Of a stretch of 64,000 nucleotides of DNA, positions 35,320 to 44,045 are shown piece by piece. The position numbers were made by a program, and so were the translations under genes. Position 1 is the stretch's first letter, and each line of letters starts with the position of its first letter. Origin of the DNA: Patescibacteria group bacterium (GTDB lineage: Bacteria > Patescibacteriota > Minisyncoccia > UBA6257 > UBA9933). Under the pieces are notes generated by a model. The model was not told the DNA's origin, did no database searches, and worked only from the letters and a program-made list of their open reading frames with translations. The stretch covers positions 51,798 through 115,797 of the forward strand of contig JBBTRV010000004.1 of the NCBI GenBank assembly GCA_038065035.1, read 5' to 3'.

Positions 35320-35871
35320 ATGAATTTTGTTCCAAAAAAAGTTTTTTTTACCAAAGGAGTTGGCGTCCATAGAGAATATCTTACATCTTTTGAATTAGCG
35401 CTTCGCGATGCCGGTATTGCGCCTTATAATCTTGTAACTGTTTCTTCTATCTTCCCTCCTAATTGCCAAAAAATTTCCCGAGAAGAAGGATTGAAATTAT
35501 TAAACCCCGGGAGTATTGTTTTTTGTGTAATGGCGAGAAACGCCACTAATGAACCGAATCGCTTGATAGCCGCTTCTGTTGGCACAGCCTTGCCGCATGA
35601 TAATCATCAATATGGATATCTTTCAGAACATCATCCTTTCGGCGAGAAAGCCGATAAAGCCGGCGAGTATGCCGAAGATTTGGCGGCAACAATGCTTGCC
35701 ACCACTTTAGGCATTGAATTTGATTCTAATACCGCCTGGGATGAAAGAGAACAGCAATATAAAGCCTCGGGAAAGATTTTTAAGACTTTTAATACAACGC
35801 AGTCAGCCGAAGGGAATAAAGACGGCTTTTGGACATCAGTTGTGGCAACGGCGGTTTTTATAATGGAGTAA
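35320..35871 (+). CDS. Pyruvoyl-dependent arginine decarboxylase (PdaD-like)
   Basis: TKGVG...[25 protein letters not shown] parallels archaeal PdaD ...[25 protein letters not shown], including the Ser-Ser self-cleavage site. Confidence 0.6.
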   Translation: MNFVPKKVFFTKGVGVHREYLTSFELALRDAGIAPYNLVTVSSIFPPNCQKISREEGLKLLNPGSIVFCVMARNATNEPNRLIAASVGTALPHDNHQYGYLSEHHPFGEKADKAGEYAEDLAATMLATTLGIEFDSNTAWDEREQQYKASGKIFKTFNTTQSAEGNKDGFWTSVVATAVFIME

Positions 35872-35881
35872 TCTTTTATTT

Positions 35882-36925
35882 ATGAAAAAAACAAAAATCG
35901 CGATAAATGGTTTTGGACGGATTGGAAGATTATTTTTCCGGCAGGCTTGCGATGAGTCATCCGCCAGCCGGCGGATTGAAATTGTTGCTATCAATGATTT
36001 GGGCGATATTGAAAACTTGGCATATTTATTAAAATATGATTCGGTTTATCGCCAATTTCAAGGTGAAATAAAAGTTGATAAAGCGGAAAATAAGCTAATA
36101 ATTGACGGCAAAGAAATTAAATTTATTTCTGAAAAAGACCCGACAAAATTGCCGTGGAAGGAATTGGAGATTAATATTGTGGTGGAAGCAACAGGCGTTT
36201 ATGAATCTTTTGAAAAATCTAAGGCGCATTTAACAGCCGGCGCCAAAAGAGTGGTGATGACTGCGCCGGCAAAAGATGTTGACGGCGAATTGGGGCAAAC
36301 CATTCTTGTTGGTATTAATGAAAATGAATTAGAAACTTGTAAAATTTCTTCAAATGCGTCTTGTACAACAAATGCCGCTTCGCCGGTGATTGCGATTTTA
36401 TCAGAAAATCCCGGCATTGCCAAAGCGGTTTTAACTACCGTTCATGCGATGACTAATACTCAAACTGCGGTTGATGCTCCTGTTAAGGGAAGTGATTTTA
36501 GGCGCGGCCGGGCTGCTAGCCAAAATATAATTCCTTCAAGTACAGGCGCGGCAATAGCCGTTACCCGCGTAATTAAAGAATTAGAAGGCAAATTTGACGG
36601 CATTGCTTTAAGGGTACCGGTAATTACTGGTTCAATCGCCGATATTACTTTTGTAAGCAAGAAAAAAACTTCAGTTGAAGAAATTAATGATATTTTGAAA
36701 AAAGCGGCGAAGTCGCTAAAATGGCAGGGAATTTTAAAGGTTATTGATGAGCAGATTGTTTCTTCAGACATTATCGGGGAGCCATATGGCGCGATAGTGG
36801 ATTTGAAATTCACTAAAGTAATTGACGGCAATTTAGTAAAAGTTTTGAGCTGGTACGATAATGAATGGGGCTACGCGGCGATGTTGGTAAAACATGTAAA
36901 GGTTGTATCAAGGTTATTTTCGTAA
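35882..36925 (+). CDS. gap: Glyceraldehyde-3-phosphate dehydrogenase (type I)
   Basis: KIAINGFGRIGR and the SNASCTTNA active-site motif. Confidence 0.9.
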   Translation: MKKTKIAINGFGRIGRLFFRQACDESSASRRIEIVAINDLGDIENLAYLLKYDSVYRQFQGEIKVDKAENKLIIDGKEIKFISEKDPTKLPWKELEINIVVEATGVYESFEKSKAHLTAGAKRVVMTAPAKDVDGELGQTILVGINENELETCKISSNASCTTNAASPVIAILSENPGIAKAVLTTVHAMTNTQTAVDAPVKGSDFRRGRAASQNIIPSSTGAAIAVTRVIKELEGKFDGIALRVPVITGSIADITFVSKKKTSVEEINDILKKAAKSLKWQGILKVIDEQIVSSDIIGEPYGAIVDLKFTKVIDGNLVKVLSWYDNEWGYAAMLVKHVKVVSRLFS

Positions 36926-36958
36926 TAGTCTGTATTAGAATAAGGGCAAATTCATCTT

Positions 36959-37201
36959 ATGTCGAGTAAACAAGTTCTCGTGTATATAGTAGGATTAGCT
37001 ATTTTACTTATCGGAAGTAATATTTTGACATTTAGATCTTATAGTATTTCCGAGATTTTTTCAGATTTTTACTATGGAAACTATGCGTTTTATTATCATT
37101 TGTTTTTGTTATCGATACTTCCAGCCGCAATAGCGAGCGTGATATCGTTAGTATTTGTGATGCGTCGGATCAAAAAGTTAATAACAGCAGAAAAAAAGTA
37201 A
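36959..37201 (+). CDS. Small membrane protein, possibly the N-terminal part of a frameshifted longer membrane-protein gene (see finding)
   Basis: Two TM helices. An open frame without a start codon continues in a different reading frame to 37487, across an A7 run. Confidence 0.35.
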   Translation: MSSKQVLVYIVGLAILLIGSNILTFRSYSISEIFSDFYYGNYAFYYHLFLLSILPAAIASVISLVFVMRRIKKLITAEKK

Positions 37202-37506
37202 GTCACGCATCTATACAGAATTTATTATAGAGTTAGCAGTAGTAGCGTATATTGGAACTTTTATATTAGGAATCGTCTCGCAATTAATAATTCCAGATAA
37301 TCTTGAGAGTGCATTTATAATTGGTGCATTCCCGGCGGTAATAATTACATTAGTTCCGTATAATTTTCTTGGTTTAGTTGTGAATGAACCAGCTTTACTT
37401 AATAATTATATAATAGCTCTCACAATAGGGTATATTTTTGGTTTTTATTTCATATATTTACTGCAGAAAATGCAGAAAAATCGATAATTTTTTAACATCT
37501 AGCAAA

Positions 37507-37538
37507 ATCCCCGCGCTGAGCGCGGGGATTGTATTTTT
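37507..37538 (+). terminator. Rho-independent terminator
   Basis: atccccgcgc-tga-gcgcggggat stem followed by tgtattttt. Confidence 0.65.
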
Positions 37539-37563
37539 AAATTAAAACTTTATAATATAAATT

Positions 37564-37779
37564 ATGACTACAGTTACTATTTCAAAAAAAATTACAAAAG
37601 GACATGATTTAGTGGTGATAGAAAAAGAAAATTTTGATAGATTAACAAAGGAAAACATGGAGCTAAAATCAGCAATAAAAGCGATTTTGGATGGCGAATT
37701 AGCATTGCGCCGAGGGACAACTCGTTCTTTTAAAGATTTTTTAAAGCTTAAATTCCCGAAATATGCCAAAAATCAGTAA
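37564..37779 (+). CDS. Putative antitoxin of a RelE/ParE-type toxin-antitoxin pair
   Basis: 71-aa ORF overlapping the toxin gene by 17 nt. No confident fold assignment. Confidence 0.4.
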   Translation: MTTVTISKKITKGHDLVVIEKENFDRLTKENMELKSAIKAILDGELALRRGTTRSFKDFLKLKFPKYAKNQ

Positions 37780-38032
37780 ATCGCATTCCACCCCGCATTT
37801 TGAAAAGCAGTTTGAAAAATTAACTAAAAACATCCAAAAGACAGCAGTTAGAAAGATATTGTTATTTGAAAATAATCCGTTCCATCCGAGTCTTAATACT
37901 CATAAGTTAAAAGGCGAACTCTCGGATTTTTGGTCATTTTATATTAATAATAATTTTCGAGTATTGTTTCGTTTCTTAGAAAATAACGAAGTGATTTACT
38001 ATAATATTGATACCCACGATATTTATAAATAA
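37763..38032 (+). CDS. RelE/ParE (YafQ-like) family toxin
   Basis: C-terminal HKLKGELSDFWSFYINNNFRVLFRF...VIYYNIDTHDIY fits the RelE/YafQ pattern. Confidence 0.55.
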   Translation: MPKISKSHSTPHFEKQFEKLTKNIQKTAVRKILLFENNPFHPSLNTHKLKGELSDFWSFYINNNFRVLFRFLENNEVIYYNIDTHDIYK

Positions 38033-38036
38033 ATTT

Positions 38037-39080
38037 ATGAAAAAATATTTAATAATTTCTTTTTTAACTGCGATTGTTTTAACGGGCATTGCCTCCGCCC
38101 AAGCTTCCCTGCCGGATGCCGGTCTTTTGCCGGACAGTCCTTTTTATTTTCTCAAATCATGGAAGGAATCAATCCAACTATTTTTCACTTTTAACGCCGA
38201 AAACAAAGTCAAGTAATATATTCATTTGGCGGAAGTAAGAATGGCGGAATACCAGAAAATGATTGAAAAGGGTAAAGCTGACATTGCCGAGAAAACTCTC
38301 GCAAAATACCAAAATCAGCTTAATCGCGCTCTTGCAAAAACTGAAGAAATCAAGCAAAAAGGCAAAGATATTAAAGATTTAAGCCAACAAATAGAAACTG
38401 CCGCTTCTAAACACTTGGAAGTTCTTCGGGAAAATCTTGAAAAAGTTCCGGAAACCGCCAAAAAAGGCATAGAAAATGCGATTGAAAATTCAAAAAAGGG
38501 AATTGAAAGAGTTTTGGAAGTAAAAATGGATAAGGAGGAAAAAGATGAAGATAATGAAGAGCAATCAGAAAAAGAAGAAGTTAAATCAGATAATGAAACT
38601 TCTGATTGGAAAACTTATCGGAATGAAAAATATGGGTTTGAAGTGAGGTATCCAGGAAATCAATTTTCTATTAGAAAGTCGAAAGATTCTGTGCCTCCAT
38701 CAATAGAGAAAAATATTGATGGCGTAGAGTTGTATCAATGTATAGATAATCTTTGCAAAGAATATGACCATATTATCGGATTTTATCCAATGTATAAAGG
38801 ATATGCAGATATTAGTACCAAGATATATAATAATTTTTCTAATAATACTGTTAAGATTAATAATTTTTTAATCAATAATATTAATGGGATTTATATAAAT
38901 TTTGGCGAAGGAGGAACAGCGTGGTATAATTATTTTATTCCAATCAGTAAAAATCAAACTCTGATGATAATAAGAATCACTAATGATTATCTAGGACTAG
39001 AAGGTAGGGGTTTTTCTAATCAAGAAAAAGATAAAATTTTTAACCAAATTCTCTCCACTTTCAAATTTATCAATCAATAA
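38037..39080 (+). pseudogene. DUF5667-like secreted protein interrupted by an in-frame TAA (38214-38216), otherwise 347 codons
   Basis: Signal peptide, then LPDSPFYFLK, characteristic of the DUF5667 N-terminus. The downstream ORF 38226-39080 (TTG start in the ORF track) is in the same frame, 219 nt = 73 codons from 38007. Confidence 0.45.
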
Positions 39081-39112
39081 AAATTACCTTATATTTTTTA
39101 TACTTTAAAAAT

Positions 39113-39799
39113 ATGCAAATAATTCCGGCGATAAATTGCCAAAATTTTGATTGTGTTAAAGAAAAACTGCAAAAAGCGGAGGATTTTCTACCGGCTGATG
39201 GATGGGTGCAGATTGATATTGCTGACGGTAAATTTACCACGCATAAAACTTGGAATAATCCAAAAGAACTTTTAATGGTTAATGATCAATTGTCAGGAGT
39301 TAATATTGAAGTTCATTTAATGGTGGAAAATCCTTTGGAAGTAATTGATGATTGGGTTAAGAGCGGAGTAAAAAGAATAATCATTCATCATGAAGCGGTT
39401 TGCGACGAAGCGGCACATAGTAACAATAATGACGAAACAGACATTATTAATTTTCTACTGGAAAAATGCGTTGGATACGGAGTAGAATTAGGATTAGCCA
39501 TCAATCCTAACAAGCCGGTTGAAAATATTATCCGCCATTTAGACAGAGTAAGATTTATTCAGCTTTTGGCTGTTAATCCGGGATTGGCGGGCCAGCAATT
39601 TCAAGCGACAACATTGCAGAAAATAAAATTTTTAAAGGAAAATCCTTACGCGGAAATAATTATAGAAGTGGATGGCGGCATAAACTTAGAAACTGCTAAA
39701 TTATGCAAAGAAGCCGGTGCGGATATTTTGGCTTCAGCATCGCATATTTGGAATAGCGAAAATCAGCAAGCGGCTTTTGAGGAGTTAAAAAATGTATGA
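39113..39799 (+). CDS. rpe: Ribulose-phosphate 3-epimerase-like (TIM barrel)
   Basis: IIPAINCQNFD and IEVDGGINLETAKLCKEAGADILASAS motifs. Pentose-phosphate gene context. Confidence 0.65.
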   Translation: MQIIPAINCQNFDCVKEKLQKAEDFLPADGWVQIDIADGKFTTHKTWNNPKELLMVNDQLSGVNIEVHLMVENPLEVIDDWVKSGVKRIIIHHEAVCDEAAHSNNNDETDIINFLLEKCVGYGVELGLAINPNKPVENIIRHLDRVRFIQLLAVNPGLAGQQFQATTLQKIKFLKENPYAEIIIEVDGGINLETAKLCKEAGADILASASHIWNSENQQAAFEELKNV

Positions 39800-39802
39800 T
39801 TT

Positions 39803-39848
39803 ATCCCGCATCTTTCCGCGCAAGAATGTGCGGGATTTATTTTTTATT
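39803..39848 (+). terminator. Rho-independent terminator after rpe
   Basis: atcccgca...tgcgggat stem followed by ttatttttt. Confidence 0.6.
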
Positions 39849-39872
39849 AGGATTTGGTATAATTTTTCATAA

Positions 39873-40733
39873 ATGGAAATTTTAAGCGAAAAAAAGACGA
39901 AGTTTTTGGAAATGATGGCAAACCAATTGCGCCAAGATGTTGTTGAAGTGCTTCTAGGAGCCGGCTCCGGCCACTCTGCTTCGCCTTTGGGCACAGCTGA
40001 TATTTTCTCGGCTTTTTATTTCCATATTTTAAATCATAATCCGAAAAAGCCGAATTGGCCGGACAGAGACAGATTTATTTTATCCTGCGGCCATTATTGT
40101 CCTGTTCAATACGTAGCAATGTCAGCCGCCGGCTATTTCCCATCAGAAGAATTGAAAACTTTAAGGAAGATAAATACTCGCTTACAAGGGCATCCGCATC
40201 GTATTGCTTTGCCGGGTATTGAAGCGACCAGCGGACCATTAGGTGACGGCTTGCCGCAGGCGGTTGGCATGGCTTTGGCCGCCAGAATGGACAAGAAGAA
40301 ACACAGGATTTATTGCTTAATGTCTGACGGCGAACATAACGCCGGCATTGTCTGGGAAGCGCTCATGTTCGCGGGAAAAAACAAATTAAGCAATTTAACG
40401 GTAATCTTGGACCGCAATAATATCCAGATAGACGGCTTTACCGAAGAAGTGATGCCCTTGGAATCATTAAGGGAAAAATACGAATCTTTTAACTGGCATG
40501 TTTTAGACATTGACGGCCATAATATTGAGGCGATTGTTGACGCGGCTAATGAAGCTAAGGCGATATATGAAAAGCCGACCGCGATTATCTGCCATACGAT
40601 TCCGGGTAAGGGCGTAAGCTTTATGGAAAGGGATTTTGTCTGGCACGGCATTCCGCCTAATAAAGAACAGGCAAAAAAAGCCTTGCACGAGCTACGAACG
40701 CTTGGAGGAAAAATCAAATCTGAACATGAATAA
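39873..40733 (+). CDS. Transketolase, N-terminal (TPP-binding) subunit
   Basis: GSGHSASPLGTADIF...SCGHY and DGE..G motifs. Split-type transketolase. Confidence 0.85.
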   Translation: MEILSEKKTKFLEMMANQLRQDVVEVLLGAGSGHSASPLGTADIFSAFYFHILNHNPKKPNWPDRDRFILSCGHYCPVQYVAMSAAGYFPSEELKTLRKINTRLQGHPHRIALPGIEATSGPLGDGLPQAVGMALAARMDKKKHRIYCLMSDGEHNAGIVWEALMFAGKNKLSNLTVILDRNNIQIDGFTEEVMPLESLREKYESFNWHVLDIDGHNIEAIVDAANEAKAIYEKPTAIICHTIPGKGVSFMERDFVWHGIPPNKEQAKKALHELRTLGGKIKSEHE

Positions 40734-41094
40734 ATATCCATTAATAAGAAAAATTTATCTTTATCTTTTTGCCTTAATCGGTTTAGTTTTAATTACGATT
40801 GGTTGCGTAAGATTGGTTGGTTTAGCTTTAAAAACATATGTTTTTACCAAAGCTGATGTTTATTATGAATATCCAATGGCAAGGCCTGTAAAAATCGCGC
40901 CAGTTGAAGGAAGTAAAACAGAAGAATTTCAACAGCCCGCCAAAGAAGAAATTGAAGAATATCAGCAAAAACAAAAAACCGCCAATCGCCAAAGAGAAGC
41001 CGCTGAATCCTTGGCGTTTATTATTGTCGGCTTGCCATTGTATTTATATCATTGGCAGTTGATTAAAAAGGACAAAAAAGAAGAACATGAATAA
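40726..41094 (+). CDS. Small membrane protein (two TM helices) inserted between the transketolase halves
   Basis: GGAGGA RBS at 40704. TM helices at both ends. No domain match. Confidence 0.4.
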   Translation: MNKYPLIRKIYLYLFALIGLVLITIGCVRLVGLALKTYVFTKADVYYEYPMARPVKIAPVEGSKTEEFQQPAKEEIEEYQQKQKTANRQREAAESLAFIIVGLPLYLYHWQLIKKDKKEEHE

Positions 41095-41305
41095 ATCATT
41101 TAAAGCTAAAAATTTAAAAATAAAATCAGCGCAAGATTTACAGGATAAAGGTTTTAGTAAAATGTCGGCAGACAAGAAAATACGACTAACATTTTCATTA
41201 AATAGATTAGTGAGACGAATTGCGGAGGATAGTATTAAAGAGCAATATCCACAAGCCGATGACAAGTTTATTAAAGAAAAATTACGTGAAAGAGCGCGCC
41301 AATAA
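41087..41305 (+). CDS. Hypothetical small basic protein
   Basis: 72-aa ORF overlapping its neighbours by 8 nt and 0 nt. No domain match. Confidence 0.3.
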   Translation: MNKSFKAKNLKIKSAQDLQDKGFSKMSADKKIRLTFSLNRLVRRIAEDSIKEQYPQADDKFIKEKLRERARQ

Positions 41306-41307
41306 AA

Positions 41308-41865
41308 ATGTTTGAAGAAGAGGTATTCAAAAAAGTTATCAATTTATTGAGTAAATATAATATTCCCTATATGCTTACAGGCGGCTTAGCTGTGACGGTT
41401 TGGGGAAGAGCGCGCTCCACATTAGATATTGATATTGTTCTTGATATAAAAAAAGACGATATTAAAAGATTAGCAAATGCGTTTCAGAAAGATTTTCATA
41501 TTGATGAAGAAACAATAGAAATGGCGTTAGATAAAAAGATCTCTTTTAACGCTATAGATCGCGAAACCAATACAACAATTGATTGTTATTTGGTTGGAAA
41601 CAATAAATATGAGGCAGGGCGATTTCAAAGAAAGATTATCAGAAACATGCTCGGGATAAAAGTTAATGTTATTAGTCCCGAGGATTTAATTTTAATAAAA
41701 CTGCAATGGTATAAAAACAGCGGTTCGACGCGACATTTGGAAGACGCGGAATCAATTTTGAAAATCACCGAAGTTGATTTAGAATATATAAAGGATTGGG
41801 CGGAGCAACAAACAACAAAAGAAATTTTAGAAAATTTATTGAAAAAAATTAAAAATGTTAAATAA
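41308..41865 (+). CDS. Pol-beta-superfamily nucleotidyltransferase (AbiEii/DUF1814-like or related)
   Basis: YMLTGGLAVTVWGRARSTLDIDIVLD NTase motif (GG...R.T.DiD). Confidence 0.5.
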   Translation: MFEEEVFKKVINLLSKYNIPYMLTGGLAVTVWGRARSTLDIDIVLDIKKDDIKRLANAFQKDFHIDEETIEMALDKKISFNAIDRETNTTIDCYLVGNNKYEAGRFQRKIIRNMLGIKVNVISPEDLILIKLQWYKNSGSTRHLEDAESILKITEVDLEYIKDWAEQQTTKEILENLLKKIKNVK

Positions 41866-42868
41866 TAATCTAAAACTTTCCGAAAAAATTTTCACCGAGG
41901 AAATTGAGCAAAAGCCCACGCGGGACGGCTATGGTTTAGGGTTAGTTGAATTAGGCGAAAAAAATAAAAACGTGGTTGTTTTGTGTGCGGATTTGAGCGA
42001 ATCAACACGTTCCCAATGGTTTAAAGATAAATTCCCAGAAAGATTTATTGAAATGGGAGTGGCAGAGCAGAATATGGCGGCAATGGCTGCTGGTCTCGCT
42101 GTTTCCGGAAAAATTCCTTTTATATCTTCTTACGCTGTTTTTTCTCCGGGCCGAAATTGGGAGCAAATCAGAACTACGGCTTGTTATAATAATGCCAATG
42201 TGAAAATTGCCGGAGCGCATGCCGGTGTTTCAGTTGGTCCGGACGGCGCCACTCATCAGGCGATTGAAGATATTGCCACAATGAGGGTAATTCCCAATAT
42301 GAAAGTGATTGTTCCGATAGATGCTTTTGAGGCGAAAAAAGCGACAATTGCCGCGGGGCATATTCACGGGCCGGTTTATTTGAGATTTGCCCGGGAAAAA
42401 ACACCGGTAATTACAACCGAAAGCACGTCATTTGTTCCGGGGAAAGCTTACGAAATATGGGACCCTTCGATGAATTCAGGGCGAGGAGGGAAAAAGCTGG
42501 ATTGCGCGATTATCGGCGTTGGGCCGTTGCTTTATAACGCTTTATTAGCTGCTAAAGAATTGGAAGAAAAAGGGATTTCAACAATAGTTTTAAATAGCCA
42601 CACAGTTAAGCCGATTGATGAGAAAAAAATAATTGAAGTTGCCAAAAAATGCGGCGCAGTGGTGACAGTCGAGGAGCACAATGTTATCGGCGGATTAGGG
42701 GGGGCGGTGGCGGAAGTTTTGGCGAAAAATTATCCTGTGCCGATTGAGTTTGTCGGTATGCAGGATGTTTTCGGCGAAAGCGGCCAGCCGAATGAATTGC
42801 TGGAAAAATACGGCATGGGGGTGAAAGATATCATTAAAACAGTTAAGAGAGTTATTAAAAGAAAGTAG
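41855..42868 (+). CDS. Transketolase, C-terminal (pyrimidine-binding) subunit
   Basis: GVAEQNMAAMAAGLA and SVGPDGATHQAIEDIA motifs. Confidence 0.85.
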   Translation: MLNNNLKLSEKIFTEEIEQKPTRDGYGLGLVELGEKNKNVVVLCADLSESTRSQWFKDKFPERFIEMGVAEQNMAAMAAGLAVSGKIPFISSYAVFSPGRNWEQIRTTACYNNANVKIAGAHAGVSVGPDGATHQAIEDIATMRVIPNMKVIVPIDAFEAKKATIAAGHIHGPVYLRFAREKTPVITTESTSFVPGKAYEIWDPSMNSGRGGKKLDCAIIGVGPLLYNALLAAKELEEKGISTIVLNSHTVKPIDEKKIIEVAKKCGAVVTVEEHNVIGGLGGAVAEVLAKNYPVPIEFVGMQDVFGESGQPNELLEKYGMGVKDIIKTVKRVIKRK

Positions 42869-42982
42869 CGGGCAATTTTAAATTTTGAAATATGAATTTT
42901 GAATCAGTTTTGAATGATTAAATTTTTTAAAATTAAATAATTATAAATTTAATTAAAATTGAAAATTAGAAATTAAAAATTT

Positions 42983-44044
42983 ATGTACGATGTTATTACA
43001 ATCGGGACAGCGACCCGCGATATTTTTTTAACCAGTCCGTTTTTTAAAGTAGTAAGCGATGAAGCGCATCTGAAAAAAATCGGTTTTCCGACCGGCGAAG
43101 CGCAATGTTTCGCCTTGGGCGGTAAAATTGAAATTGATAAGCCGATTTTCATCACCGGCGGCGGCGCCACTAATGCGGCTGTTACTTTTGCAAGGCAAGG
43201 CTTGAAAGCCGCCGCGTTAATTAAAGTCGGTAAAGATTCTGCGGGAGAGGAGATTATTAACGAACTTAAAAAAGAAAAAATTTCTGTTTTGACCCTATAC
43301 CCTATACCCTATACCCTAAATCCTAATAACAACGGCACAGCTTATTCAACTATTCTTTTAGCTCCTAATGGCGAAAGAACAATTTTAGTTTATCGCGGCG
43401 CTTCGGAAAGTTTGTCAATCAATGAAATTTCTTTTGATAAATTCAATTCCAAATGGGCATATATTGTGCCGGGCAAAATTTCTTATGACGTTATCAAAGA
43501 AATTATTGATTATTTGCATCAGCAAAAAATTTTAATCGCTTTTAATCCTTCAAAGTATTTTATTGAATTAGGCCTTGAAAAATTGAAGCCGATTTTGGAA
43601 AAAACCAAAGCGGTTATTTTGAATCGCGAAGAAGCGGCTTATTTAACTGATATTGATTATGATAAAGAAAAAGCGATTTTTAAGAAATTAGACGCGATAG
43701 TGGCCGGCATTGCGGTGATGACTGACGGCCCGAACGGCGTTTCAGTGTCAGACGGTTTTAATATTTACAGAGCCGGCACTTTTGGCGAAAAGAAATTAGT
43801 TGACCGCACCGGCTCGGGCGACGCTTTCGGTTCGGGATTTGTCGCTGGCTTAATACACGAGCAAGAAACTTGCGAAAAAGGACTGTGCAAGGTTAATAAT
43901 ATTGAATATGCCGTCCGCTTAGGTTCTGCTAATGCCACTTCTGTGATAGAATATATTGGCGCTAAAAAAGGAATCTTGACCAAAGAAGAATTTGAAATAT
44001 CGGAAAGATGGAGAAATTTAAAAATAGATATAATAAGAAATTAA
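42983..44044 (+). CDS. PfkB-family carbohydrate/ribokinase-like kinase
   Basis: N-terminal GG motif GGGATNAAV and C-terminal DRTGSGDAFGSGFVAGL anion-hole motif. Confidence 0.8.
   Translation: MYDVITIGTATRDIFLTSPFFKVVSDEAHLKKIGFPTGEAQCFALGGKIEIDKPIFITGGGATNAAVTFARQGLKAAALIKVGKDSAGEEIINELKKEKISVLTLYPIPYTLNPNNNGTAYSTILLAPNGERTILVYRGASESLSINEISFDKFNSKWAYIVPGKISYDVIKEIIDYLHQQKILIAFNPSKYFIELGLEKLKPILEKTKAVILNREEAAYLTDIDYDKEKAIFKKLDAIVAGIAVMTDGPNGVSVSDGFNIYRAGTFGEKKLVDRTGSGDAFGSGFVAGLIHEQETCEKGLCKVNNIEYAVRLGSANATSVIEYIGAKKGILTKEEFEISERWRNLKIDIIRN
43293..43327 (+). repeat. Tandem heptamer repeat (CCCTATA x3 plus two degenerate units) inside the PfkB kinase CDS
   Basis: ccctata ccctata ccctata ccctaaa tcctaat, encoding the LYPIPYTLNPN insert. 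Confidence 0.8.
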
Positions 44045-44045
44045 C

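Noticed and set aside
40636-41094. ORF-track call of a 152-aa protein overlapping the end of the transketolase N-subunit
   Set aside because: The upstream extension lies inside tkt in another frame. A GGAGGA RBS plus ATG at 40726 gives the real 122-aa membrane protein.
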